Assembly: GCA_041486565.1 (NCBI GenBank)
Contig: JBGPLS010000001.1
Span: 412 to 64,411, forward strand
Direction of reading: 5' to 3'
DNA: 64,000 nt
From: Gemmatimonadaceae bacterium
GTDB lineage: Bacteria; Gemmatimonadota; Gemmatimonadetes; Gemmatimonadales; Gemmatimonadaceae
Positions within the stretch are counted from its first letter, which is position 1; every line of letters starts with the position of its first letter. A program made the position numbers and the translations under genes. The notes below the pieces were generated by a model. That model did not search any database. It was not told the origin of the DNA and saw nothing but the letters and a program-made list of their open reading frames with translations. Below are positions 54,400-63,032 of the stretch, one piece after another.

Positions 54400-54612
54400 T
54401 TACGGAACCGGGTCGTATCCACCCGGTCGGAAAGGATGACAACGAGTTATTCGCCGAATTGCCAGCCAGCTGCCGCTAATCACTCCGTGTCGCTCAAGTG
54501 CCTCAATAGCATAAGCCGAACACGTGGGATAATAACGACAGGCTCCGGGTAAAAGAGGCGAAATCCAGAGCTGGTAGCCACGTATCGCTAAAACAAGAAA
54601 GCCCCGCATCAA
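54400..54612 (-). CDS. yidD: Membrane protein insertion efficiency factor YidD
   Basis: [23 protein letters not shown]. Confidence 0.97.
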   Translation of the reverse strand: MMRGFLVLAIRGYQLWISPLLPGACRYYPTCSAYAIEALERHGVISGSWLAIRRITRCHPFRPGGYDPVP

Positions 54613-54962
54613 ACCTGCGGGACAATCAATCTCAACCCTCTTTTGATCTCATCTATCTCGATACCAAGTTGTCTAAAATCCACCCTATATGCCTCTGCCA
54701 GTGGTCGGATTACAATATCAACACCATTACAGCCCGGCAAAAGCCGTATTCGAGCAAGCTCCCGCAACCTACGCCGTAATCGATTACGCTCAACAATCGT
54801 ATGACCGTACTTCCCAACAATCACGGCAACTCGACAATAAACAAGCAGGGAGGTCACTACTCGAGCGTCAAGATGCTCAGTCTTCAGCCGTGTCCCTGTC
54901 TTTTTGATTGCTTCTAGGTCGGCTTCCCGGGTGAGCCTGTAAGTCCGAGAATATGAGGTCGT
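54609..54962 (-). CDS. rnpA: RNase P protein component (start uncertain, non-canonical)
   Basis: RNR motif ([11 protein letters not shown]); in-frame N-terminus [13 protein letters not shown] extends upstream of GTG 54857; between rpmH and yidD. Confidence 0.85.
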   Translation of the reverse strand, partial: TTSYSRTYRLTREADLEAIKKTGTRLKTEHLDARVVTSLLVYCRVAVIVGKYGHTIVERNRLRRRLRELARIRLLPGCNGVDIVIRPLAEAYRVDFRQLGIEIDEIKRGLRLIVPQV

Positions 54963-54963
54963 T

Positions 54964-55128
54964 TTACGCGCCGGCGTATTTACTCGGGAGACGAACCGCT
55001 AGTTGCTTCCGCCCTTTCTTGCGCCGTCGACTTAGCACTTCACGACCCCAGCGTGTAGACATACGCTCCCGGAATCCATGAGTTCTCACGCGGCGTTTAT
55101 TTCGAGGACGATAAGTTGGCTTGCCCAT
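54964..55128 (-). CDS. rpmH: 50S ribosomal protein L34
   Basis: Hand-translated [54 protein letters not shown]. Confidence 0.97.
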   Translation of the reverse strand: MGKPTYRPRNKRRVRTHGFRERMSTRWGREVLSRRRKKGRKQLAVRLPSKYAGA

Positions 55129-55178
55129 ACCAAGATCCTGAATTCATTAAGATCAAACAAAACACAAAATAGCCCATA

Positions 55179-55207
55179 AAATTAACTCGCTACACAACAT
55201 ACATCAA
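55179..55207 (-). promoter_or_regulatory. Putative sigma70 promoter of the rpmH operon
   Basis: TTGATG-N17-TAATTT on the minus strand. Confidence 0.55.
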
Positions 55208-55230
55208 GTCACATCAAGTCACATCAAGTA
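55201..55230. repeat. Three tandem copies of ACATCAAGT(C/A)
   Basis: acatcaagtc acatcaagtc acatcaagta. Confidence 0.9.
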
Positions 55231-55351
55231 GTGCTCCTCTACCTTCAAGTATAAACATTTCGCGTTAAATCATTCTTCAATCTCACATTTATTCGTGGTT
55301 CAAACAGAACTCAAATGCTGAAACCAACGAAGTAGAACTGTATGCCGTAGA

Positions 55352-55380
55352 TTGACTTTTCCACAATGATAAGCTACGGT
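55352..55380 (+). promoter_or_regulatory. Putative dnaA promoter with embedded DnaA box
   Basis: TTGACT-N17-TACGGT; consensus DnaA box TTTTCCACA at 55357-55365. Confidence 0.65.
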
Positions 55381-55391
55381 TGCCCTCCCTT

Positions 55392-56783
55392 ATGTCACTA
55401 ACAGCCTCAGAAGTATGGAAACGCTTACTTGATCGAGCTCGGCAGGATATTCCAGAGCAAACCTTCCGGACATGGCTTGAGCCTACTCAGGCACTTGCCC
55501 TTGACGGAAATGTGATCTCAGTCGCTGTTCCCGACCAATTCGCCGCAGATTGGAATGAATCAAAACATGCAGATCTTTTCGCTACTTACGGCCCGATAGC
55601 CCTTGGACACCCCATTCAAGTAGTCTTCAAAGTAAATGAGGAACGAAAAAAGAGATCCCAGATGGATTTTTTTGTCGCTCCATCTATTTCCTCTTTTACA
55701 ACACCAAAGGAACAGTTAACCACTAGTCAGGTTCCATTAACCGACAGATATACATTTAACCACTTTGTAATCGGTAAATCCAACGAGCTCGCCGCTGCTG
55801 CTGCTCACGCTGTTGCACAAGCACCAGGACATGTATATAACCCGCTCTTCATTTACGGTGACACGGGCTTAGGTAAAACACACCTGATGCAGGCAATTGC
55901 TCATGAAATCTTAGAACAGAATCCCCATACTAGAATCACATTTCTTGGAACTGAGCAATTTACAAACGATCTAATCGGATCTATCCAAAATCACACAACT
56001 TCAGCATTTCGACGACGTTACAGAGAAACAGACATCTTATTAATCGATGATGTCCACTTTCTCAAAGGAAAGGAAGCAACACAACAGGAGTTCTTCCACA
56101 CTTTCAATGCCCTCTATGAAGCAGGTCGACAGATTGTCCTCACAAGCGATCGCCCACCCTCTGACATTGCCGGCATTGAAAAGCGTCTTGTCAGCCGTTT
56201 TCAATGGGGAATGGTAGCCGATATCGAGCTACCAGATTTTGAACATCGAGTAGCTATTCTTCGACAAAAAGCTCAACTCGACCATTTACAGCACACAATT
56301 CCCGAAGAAGTCGTACGCTTTATCGCCGAAAACGTAAAATCAAGCGTCCGTGAGCTGGAGGGCTCAATTATTAAACTCCTTGCTTTTGCCTCACTGAAAC
56401 ACCGAGATATTTCGATGGATCTCGCGAGAGAAGCTCTCCGTGACAAGCTAAGGCCTCCAAATACAGAAGCACATCAAGCCGAACTATCACTCACCGTTTT
56501 AACAATCCAACAGCTTGTCGCTAGAGAATGGGGAGTTACACCAGAAGGCCTCCGATCCAAGACTAGAACAAAGCTCCTTACAATTCCACGTCAGGTTGCA
56601 ATGTTCCTAACACGCAATTTACTAGGAACACAACTAATCGAAATCGGAAACGCTTTCGGAGGCCGTGATCATTCAACAGTCATTCACAGCATTACAAAAA
56701 CCTCTCAGGCACTCAAGACCGATCCCTCCTTTCAGAACCGAGTAAGCCGAGTAACGCTTATCCTTGAACAACTTCGCTCTTGA
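55392..56783 (+). CDS. dnaA: Chromosomal replication initiator DnaA
   Basis: YNPLFIYGDTGLGKTHL, LLIDDV, FFHTFN, VRELEG, GGRDHSTVIH; start ATG 55392. Confidence 0.99.
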   Translation: MSLTASEVWKRLLDRARQDIPEQTFRTWLEPTQALALDGNVISVAVPDQFAADWNESKHADLFATYGPIALGHPIQVVFKVNEERKKRSQMDFFVAPSISSFTTPKEQLTTSQVPLTDRYTFNHFVIGKSNELAAAAAHAVAQAPGHVYNPLFIYGDTGLGKTHLMQAIAHEILEQNPHTRITFLGTEQFTNDLIGSIQNHTTSAFRRRYRETDILLIDDVHFLKGKEATQQEFFHTFNALYEAGRQIVLTSDRPPSDIAGIEKRLVSRFQWGMVADIELPDFEHRVAILRQKAQLDHLQHTIPEEVVRFIAENVKSSVRELEGSIIKLLAFASLKHRDISMDLAREALRDKLRPPNTEAHQAELSLTVLTIQQLVAREWGVTPEGLRSKTRTKLLTIPRQVAMFLTRNLLGTQLIEIGNAFGGRDHSTVIHSITKTSQALKTDPSFQNRVSRVTLILEQLRS

Positions 56784-57014
56784 ACTAACTACTTTTCCAC
56801 CTACAAGACTTCCTACCACCTCAAATAAACCACATCAACCATCACCTACATTAAGCACACATTTACCTCAATAGCGTAACTATAGCGAGAGGAATACCTT
56901 ATCTAACCTACGAACAGTTCTACATCCACTACTACTACTACTAATCTTTTATATACATCGAAACCGCTGTCATTCTTTCCGCTGAACCTATCCACACAGC
57001 CGGACTCGAGGAAC
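56784..57014. other. Replication origin oriC (DUE with DnaA-trios)
   Basis: dnaA-dnaN gap; (CTA)5 at 56929-56943 followed by ATCTTTTATATA; near-consensus boxes TTTTCCACC 56793 and CTATCCACA 56988; G/C skew flips here. Confidence 0.85.
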
Positions 57015-58127
57015 ATGCGTCTTACTATCACGCGCGAAAAACTGCAAGAAGGATTAGCTGCAGTTGCTGCGAGTATTCCAGCGAAGACAACCCTGCCGGT
57101 CCTGGGTAATATTCTTCTGGAGACTACTGAGAGAGGAGTTAAACTCTCGGGGACCGATCTAGATATTGCTGTTAGTACCGAAGTTGCAGCTGATATAGAA
57201 ACAGCCGGTGCTGTGACAATCCCAGCAAAGAAGCTCCTTGAAATTGCTCGAGAGCTACCTCCAGCGGTTGTGAAAATCGCTAGTGTTGGCGAGCAGCGAA
57301 TTACACTTGAGTGTGGGCGGTCGCGGTTTAAGCTTTTTGCGTTGCCGCGTGATGAATTTCCGACATTCCCCAGTGTGAATTTTAGTGCAGGTTGGCGAGT
57401 AAGATCAGGTGATCTTCAGAAGTTGATCTCACATACGGCATTTGCGGTTTCCACCGAGGAGAGTAGGCCGATTTTAAATGGAGTTTTGTGGGAGTTAAGG
57501 CCAGATAAAATGGCGATGGTAGCTACAAATGGACATCGATTAGCAAGGATGGAAATTCCGCTTGACGTGAATGTAGGAGTTTCTCAGGACTTAATTATTC
57601 CGCCAAAAGCACTGGAGCAGGTCCGTAGGCTCTTCCCTGCTGAAGAGGAGCTGGAGATAGCCTGTGGCGAGAACCATATAGGATTCAGGTCTCCGTTTAC
57701 GTGTGTCTTTACCCGGTTAATCGAGGGTCCATATCCGAACTATGAGTTGGTTATTCCACGGGATAATGACCGAATTGCAGTTGCAGATAAAATGGCCCTG
57801 ACCGGTGCTTTAAAGCGAATGTCGGTAGTTGCATCCGATCAAACGCATCGAATACGTCTTTCATTTAATTCTGGCATGTTAAAATTTGGTGTTCAGACGC
57901 CAGACCTCGGAGAAGCACAGGATGAATTAGCGGTACGGTACGCAGGCGATCAGCTTGATATTGGTTTTAATGCTAGCTATCTGTTGGAGATCTTACGGTA
58001 CATCCCGACTGATGAAGTTAAGCTGACGTTAAAAGCTCCTGAGCGAGCTGCGACCTTGGAACCAGAAGCTTGGTCTGATTCCGCTTCTTATCTATGCTTG
58101 GTAATGCCGCTTCGTCTTGTAGACTAA
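57015..58127 (+). CDS. dnaN: DNA polymerase III beta clamp
   Basis: GTDLD, SRPILNGV, VATNGHRL, RLIEGPYPNY, IGFNASYL, LVMP. Confidence 0.99.
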   Translation: MRLTITREKLQEGLAAVAASIPAKTTLPVLGNILLETTERGVKLSGTDLDIAVSTEVAADIETAGAVTIPAKKLLEIARELPPAVVKIASVGEQRITLECGRSRFKLFALPRDEFPTFPSVNFSAGWRVRSGDLQKLISHTAFAVSTEESRPILNGVLWELRPDKMAMVATNGHRLARMEIPLDVNVGVSQDLIIPPKALEQVRRLFPAEEELEIACGENHIGFRSPFTCVFTRLIEGPYPNYELVIPRDNDRIAVADKMALTGALKRMSVVASDQTHRIRLSFNSGMLKFGVQTPDLGEAQDELAVRYAGDQLDIGFNASYLLEILRYIPTDEVKLTLKAPERAATLEPEAWSDSASYLCLVMPLRLVD

Positions 58128-59008
58128 GGGTTGATGGTTATGTTTTGAGTGACATTCTGGGAAAAGTGCTGTAAGTGTCCTGATGTGTTTATTGTGATTC
58201 TGGAGTCATGATGCGCTTCGGTTATTACAATAAGTCCAGTTATTGGATTCAGATAAAAGTTGGATACCCCTGATCCTTGTCCGTCTATTATGATCTGGTG
58301 CTGACCCTGGGTTCCAGTGCCATTGATATGCGTAGTTTCAAGCCTTCTAATAAGTACCAGAGACATGTTAGTGTAGTCAGTTTCTCCGAGGACGGTATAA
58401 GATCGGGTTATCTCTAGGTCTGCAGAAATTGTCTTTCCTATGCATGTTGTGGTTGTAATTGTGTCACTCCATGTTGAGTGAAGCTGCAAAAGTGATGGGA
58501 CTGTCGTAATTGCTGTTCGAATATCTCCTAAAACCATCTCAGCAGGGGTGCTGCAGAGATCATGACTGAATGAAGTAGCTGAAGAGGAGGTAATATTGAG
58601 AGTCACCTTTCCACCGACAATGGCGCCACTGAAGGTGATTGGCAAAGTAATTTTCTGCGAGGTTGTGCTAATTTTAGGTCCAGAGTTAGTGAGAATGTTG
58701 TCAACATGACCGGTGATGATTAGTGGTGTATGTAACTGGTCAATTGTCGCTGAAAAGTCAGTGATAGTGGATAGACTGTCTTGGTTATCTGTTTGATTGG
58801 AGTCATCTAACTGGAATCTGGTTTTGGTTATTGAGTGATATCGCTGTGTGCTATTTATAGGGCTGAAGATCCAGGTCGCTGTATGTTTGATGGGTGGTAT
58901 CACAACCGGTTGGATAGACCCATTAATTACGGGGGGAACCGTTACTTTTGGTACGCATGCGAGAACAGGCGCGATAAGAAGAATTAAGAGTCTTGTCAGT
59001 GTGTGCAT
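58124..59008 (-). CDS. Hypothetical Thr/Ile/Ser-rich lipoprotein
   Basis: 294-aa ORF filling the gap, lipobox VLAC, beta-rich. Confidence 0.65.
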   Translation of the reverse strand: MHTLTRLLILLIAPVLACVPKVTVPPVINGSIQPVVIPPIKHTATWIFSPINSTQRYHSITKTRFQLDDSNQTDNQDSLSTITDFSATIDQLHTPLIITGHVDNILTNSGPKISTTSQKITLPITFSGAIVGGKVTLNITSSSATSFSHDLCSTPAEMVLGDIRTAITTVPSLLQLHSTWSDTITTTTCIGKTISADLEITRSYTVLGETDYTNMSLVLIRRLETTHINGTGTQGQHQIIIDGQGSGVSNFYLNPITGLIVITEAHHDSRITINTSGHLQHFSQNVTQNITINP

Positions 59009-59041
59009 TCTAATTGGGTAGAGACTTGTGCTTCTTGATGA

Positions 59042-59076
59042 GACGGCCCCTTACGGAAACTTCGTAAAGGGCCGTC
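59042..59076 (-). terminator. Hairpin immediately 3' of rnpB
   Basis: GACGGCCCCTTACG...CGTAAAGGGCCGTC inverted repeat. Confidence 0.6.
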
Positions 59077-59083
59077 GCCATAT

Positions 59084-59473
59084 CAGGGGGTAATCAGTCT
59101 ATAAGCCGGGTTCTGTCCGATGGACTAAGCCATCTGAACGGTCATTTCTCTCGGACTACGATCACTCGTAATCTCTAGCAGCCTACCCGCGGCGTCTTTA
59201 TCGAGGTGGGCTCTCTCGCCGCCTACTTGGCCTTGCTCCAGTTGGGGCTTGCCGTGCCGTTTGTGTTGCCACAAACGCGGTGGGCTCTTACTCCACCTTT
59301 TCACCCTTACCATGGTTTTCCATGGCGGTCTGTTTTCTGTGGCACTTTCCGTCACCATAAAATTAATTATGGCGCCCAGGCGTTACCTGGCAACCCTACC
59401 CACGGAGCCCGGACTTTCCTCGATTTAATATCTTGGTGATACTAAAGCGCGACCGCCCGACTGATTAGCCCTG
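59084..59473 (-). ncRNA. rnpB: RNase P RNA (type A)
   Basis: GAGGAAAGTCCGGGCTC, GAAAGTGCCACAGAAA, ACAGAACCCGGCTTA; P1 TAATCAGTC/GACTGATTA. Confidence 0.97.
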
Positions 59474-59614
59474 GTATCGAAATATATACACCTAAATGAC
59501 GTCTTGGGGCAATTTGATTCAGGATCGTTCTCCAGCGCTGACGTTGTACTGACGTGTCGGTCCTATAATGGCGGAAACTTATTGTTTCCTACTTTCCCAT
59601 TTCTGGAGCAGCTA

Positions 59615-60535
59615 ATGGCAATGTCTCTTAAGTTGGGCAAATCAGGCCTGCCGCCGATGCCGATGTCAACAATGCTTACACCGGGCGAGCGAGTTCGTGT
59701 AGATGCAGCTGCTCAGGGACTTTACTATACACTCCACCGTGAATCTCTGGATGAAGTAATTGCGGATCTACGTGAACGGCGTGCAGGAGCAGTTCTGCTT
59801 TCGATTGCAAGATATGGATTGCACAGCAGTGCTCGAATGGCGGCTATGGTGCGAGAATTTCCACGAGTACCAGCAATGGCGCTCTTGATGGAAACGCAGT
59901 ATACGACACCGCAGTCACTACTGGCTCTTGGTCAGCTTGGTATTCGTATTCTTATTGATGCTCGTGAGCCGTCTGGATGGCAGACACTTCGTGATATCTT
60001 GGCTGCTGAACGATCAAGCGATCTTCAGCGTACAGCACTTGGCCGCTTGAGTGCAGATCTTGTTGGTGCCCCAAATGACTGCTGGCGATTCTTTGAACTT
60101 CTGTTCAGCCATTCTCCACGTGTGCATACCGTGCGGCAGCTTTCACGGCATCTCTACATCTTACCGAGCACGCTTATGAGTCGCTTTTTCAGGGCTCATC
60201 TTCCACCACCGAAGCGATATCTAGCACTTGCAAGGCTTATACGTGCTGGAAGGCTGTTTGAGAATCCCGGTCTATCGGTTGCTAGTGTAGCAAACTATCT
60301 GGATTACTCCTCACCCCAGAGTTTTGGACGGCATGTCCGGATTATGATGAAGATGTCACCTGTGATTTTTCGTGAGCAATATGATGGGGCTGGTATGCTT
60401 CAGTTTTTTCGTGAGGAGTTAATCCTGCCGTATGTTGAGACACTTCGAGTTTTCCGTCCAGCGGCTACCTATCCTGGCTGGATTACGCGTCAGCGAAATC
60501 TTGATTTTCATCTAAGCCGGGAATCAAAGCTGTAA
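59615..60535 (+). CDS. AraC-family transcriptional regulator
   Basis: C-terminal HTH SVASVANYLDYSSPQSFGRH; GGAG RBS before ATG 59615. Confidence 0.85.
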   Translation: MAMSLKLGKSGLPPMPMSTMLTPGERVRVDAAAQGLYYTLHRESLDEVIADLRERRAGAVLLSIARYGLHSSARMAAMVREFPRVPAMALLMETQYTTPQSLLALGQLGIRILIDAREPSGWQTLRDILAAERSSDLQRTALGRLSADLVGAPNDCWRFFELLFSHSPRVHTVRQLSRHLYILPSTLMSRFFRAHLPPPKRYLALARLIRAGRLFENPGLSVASVANYLDYSSPQSFGRHVRIMMKMSPVIFREQYDGAGMLQFFREELILPYVETLRVFRPAATYPGWITRQRNLDFHLSRESKL

Positions 60536-61070
60536 TTTCTCCAATTCGAATGAGCGAGACCACGCTGTAGCCGGCATTCTCGATTGTCTTGCGTCCTCCA
60601 ACTTCGCGATCAACCAAAGCTAGGACTCCTTTGATTATTCCGCCGCGACTCTGGACAGCATCAATAGCTCGAAGCGCTGAAGCTCCTGTTGTAATGACAT
60701 CCTCTATAACAGCGACACGATCCCTGTCGTGAAAAGGGCCCTCGATAAGCTGACTGGTTCCATGTGTCTTTGGCTCTTTTCGTACGCTGAAGGCCCGGAG
60801 AAGTGGAGGCATTGAGTTGCTCGTATAGCTCATTGAGTAAGCTATTGGGTCAGCTCCCAGTGTTAGGCCACCTATAGCATCCAGCATCCAGCCGGCGGCT
60901 CTCACCGCCTCTATCGCCAGTGGTCCGATAAGAGCCAGGCCTTCCGGGCTCATAGTAGTAATTCTGGCATCGACGTAGATGTCAGAAGCCATTCCGGAAG
61001 CAAGTGTAAACCGCCCATGCTGTACTGATCGTTCAGCAAGGAGCTTTATTAGCTGCTGGCGCTTTGTCAT
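60483..61070 (-). CDS. pyrE: Orotate phosphoribosyltransferase
   Basis: FTLASG, GGLTLGADP, RKEPKTHG, VIEDVITTGAS. Confidence 0.96.
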   Translation of the reverse strand: MTKRQQLIKLLAERSVQHGRFTLASGMASDIYVDARITTMSPEGLALIGPLAIEAVRAAGWMLDAIGGLTLGADPIAYSMSYTSNSMPPLLRAFSVRKEPKTHGTSQLIEGPFHDRDRVAVIEDVITTGASALRAIDAVQSRGGIIKGVLALVDREVGGRKTIENAGYSVVSLIRIGEITALIPGLDENQDFADA

Positions 61071-61143
61071 AGCGGGGATCATCATCCATGGATATCATCG
61101 AGTTTGTGTCCCTTGTCAAATTTCTGTAGTAACCTGATCGCTG

Positions 61144-62082
61144 ATGCAACCTCTTTTTTATATCGTAGCCGTCCTTGTGTTTGTGGGCCTTGGCCTTCTT
61201 CTGCAGCACGAGCGTCGACAGGCGCGTAAGCTGGTCGATCGGTCGAAGGAGCTTGAGCGTCTTTCGTCCGAGCTCTTACGTGCGAGCAGGATGAAGAATG
61301 AATTTCTGGCGAATGTCTCACACGAACTTCGGACGCCCCTTAATGCTATTGTAGGGTTTGTTGATCTTCTGCGCGAGGGAGTTTACGGTGACTTAGCTCC
61401 TCGTCAGGTAAAACCTGTTGAGAGGATTGAAGCTTCGGCTAATCACCTTCGGCATTTAGTTGATGAGATCCTCGATCTGGCTAAAATGGCCGCCGGACGC
61501 CTCGATGTTCATATGGAAGTTCTAGATATTCGGCCATTCATTCTGGACGTTGCGAGTGAAGTGGAATCTCTTGTGAATGAAAAAGGATTGAGCCTTACAC
61601 TTAGTATGGGAAGCGCCCTGCCTAGAATTCGCTCAGACCCGACACACTTTCGGCAGATTCTGGTTAATCTGATTGGGAATGCGGTGAAGTATACGGAAAA
61701 AGGGACTATAGTCGTCCGAACCCGGATACTGCCGCGAATAGATGCTGTTGGGCTTGGAATGCCAGGCAACCTTCCTCGTTTGAATGAGCCTGAGGAGATG
61801 TGGCTTTCTGTCCAGGTTGTAGATCAGGGGATTGGCATAGCACCGGCAGACCTGAAGCGGATATTTGAAGAGTTTGAACAAGTCAACGCGGGACCCCGTG
61901 CGGATTCTCCGAATCGGGGTACTGGCCTGGGTTTGGCCATTTCACGGAAACTTGCTCATCTACTGGGTGGCGACGTATCTGTTATCAGTGAGGCTGGGCA
62001 AGGTTCGACGTTTTCTCTCTGGCTGCCGATCCAGGAGTATGATTTAGCTATTTCGCCGCAGTATGCCTCGAACACGCGCTAG
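61144..62082 (+). CDS. Sensor histidine kinase
   Basis: One TM helix, FLANVSHELRTPL, NLIGNAVKY, DQGIGI, GTGLGL. Confidence 0.95.
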   Translation: MQPLFYIVAVLVFVGLGLLLQHERRQARKLVDRSKELERLSSELLRASRMKNEFLANVSHELRTPLNAIVGFVDLLREGVYGDLAPRQVKPVERIEASANHLRHLVDEILDLAKMAAGRLDVHMEVLDIRPFILDVASEVESLVNEKGLSLTLSMGSALPRIRSDPTHFRQILVNLIGNAVKYTEKGTIVVRTRILPRIDAVGLGMPGNLPRLNEPEEMWLSVQVVDQGIGIAPADLKRIFEEFEQVNAGPRADSPNRGTGLGLAISRKLAHLLGGDVSVISEAGQGSTFSLWLPIQEYDLAISPQYASNTR

Positions 62083-62982
62083 TATTCCACCTTCTGTTTC
62101 CTGATTTGCTTCGGTGGAAGAGGCAACAGTGTCAGTGCCGGAAATTGAATCCTGAAAAGCCCTTGTGAAAACCATGACATCCGGGAAGCGGCTTGAGGGC
62201 TGCTTTGATAGTGCACGCATGATAGTTGCCTCAAGCGTGGAGCTGAATCGAAGCTTCTCCTTTGCTGAATTCAGGGGTATTGGAGGTAGGGTAAGAAGTT
62301 GTGTGAACATTTCCCGAGGAGCTTTCGCGGTGTACGGAAGGCATCGTGTCAGGAGGTAATAGGCAATCGTTGCCAGACTGTACTGATCGGCAGCGGGAGT
62401 AACGAGCTCTCCAGAGAGGGCTTCTGGAGCGACGTACATGAGAGAGCCGACGAAAAATCCGGCTCTCGTCAATCTTTCGTCCGCACCAGTTTGTGTATCA
62501 GTCGCGATGCCGAAATCGAGTAGCTTCACCTGCTTGGTTTGTGGATCGTACATGACATTTTCAGGCTTCAGATCTCTATGGATAATGTTAGCTTGGTGTG
62601 CGGCATGTACCGCTGCTCCGATCTGTGAGATAATTGCTCCTACTTCCTCGGATGGCAAAGGTGCGTGCTGGCGCGCATACCTTTCGAGTAGCTGTCCGCT
62701 CGCCCACTCAATTGCTAGAAAGTGAAGACCGGTCTCGGATTCTCCAATCTCAATTGTTCGAACGACATTTGGATGTTGAACACGGGCACCGTACTGGGCC
62801 TCTCTAACAAAACGGGCAACGGCCGTACGGTCGTAGCGGAGCTTCTCGCGGAGGACTTTTAGTGCCACGATTCCGTGGGTCTGGTGCACGGCCCTATAGA
62901 CGGATGATGTTCCGCCTTCGCCAACCTCACTCTCGATGGTGTACCCAGCTATCTTTGAGCCGAGTAAGCTCTGTTCGGACAC
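62044..62982 (-). CDS. Hanks-type Ser/Thr protein kinase (cytoplasmic)
   Basis: GEGGTSSVY, VALK, HRDLKPEN, DFG, YVAPE. Confidence 0.95.
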   Translation of the reverse strand: MSEQSLLGSKIAGYTIESEVGEGGTSSVYRAVHQTHGIVALKVLREKLRYDRTAVARFVREAQYGARVQHPNVVRTIEIGESETGLHFLAIEWASGQLLERYARQHAPLPSEEVGAIISQIGAAVHAAHQANIIHRDLKPENVMYDPQTKQVKLLDFGIATDTQTGADERLTRAGFFVGSLMYVAPEALSGELVTPAADQYSLATIAYYLLTRCLPYTAKAPREMFTQLLTLPPIPLNSAKEKLRFSSTLEATIMRALSKQPSSRFPDVMVFTRAFQDSISGTDTVASSTEANQETEGGILARVRGILRRNS

Positions 62983-63032
62983 GCGGCCGAAGGTAATCGA
63001 AACCGACTTACAGGGATAGGGTAGATAGACGA

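Noticed and set aside
59125-59439. Two 77-aa ORFs
   Set aside because: Both lie within the RNase P RNA gene.
52000-60000. Low-GC region as a horizontally acquired island
   Set aside because: It consists of core origin genes, the change is gradual, and there are no mobility genes or boundary repeats.
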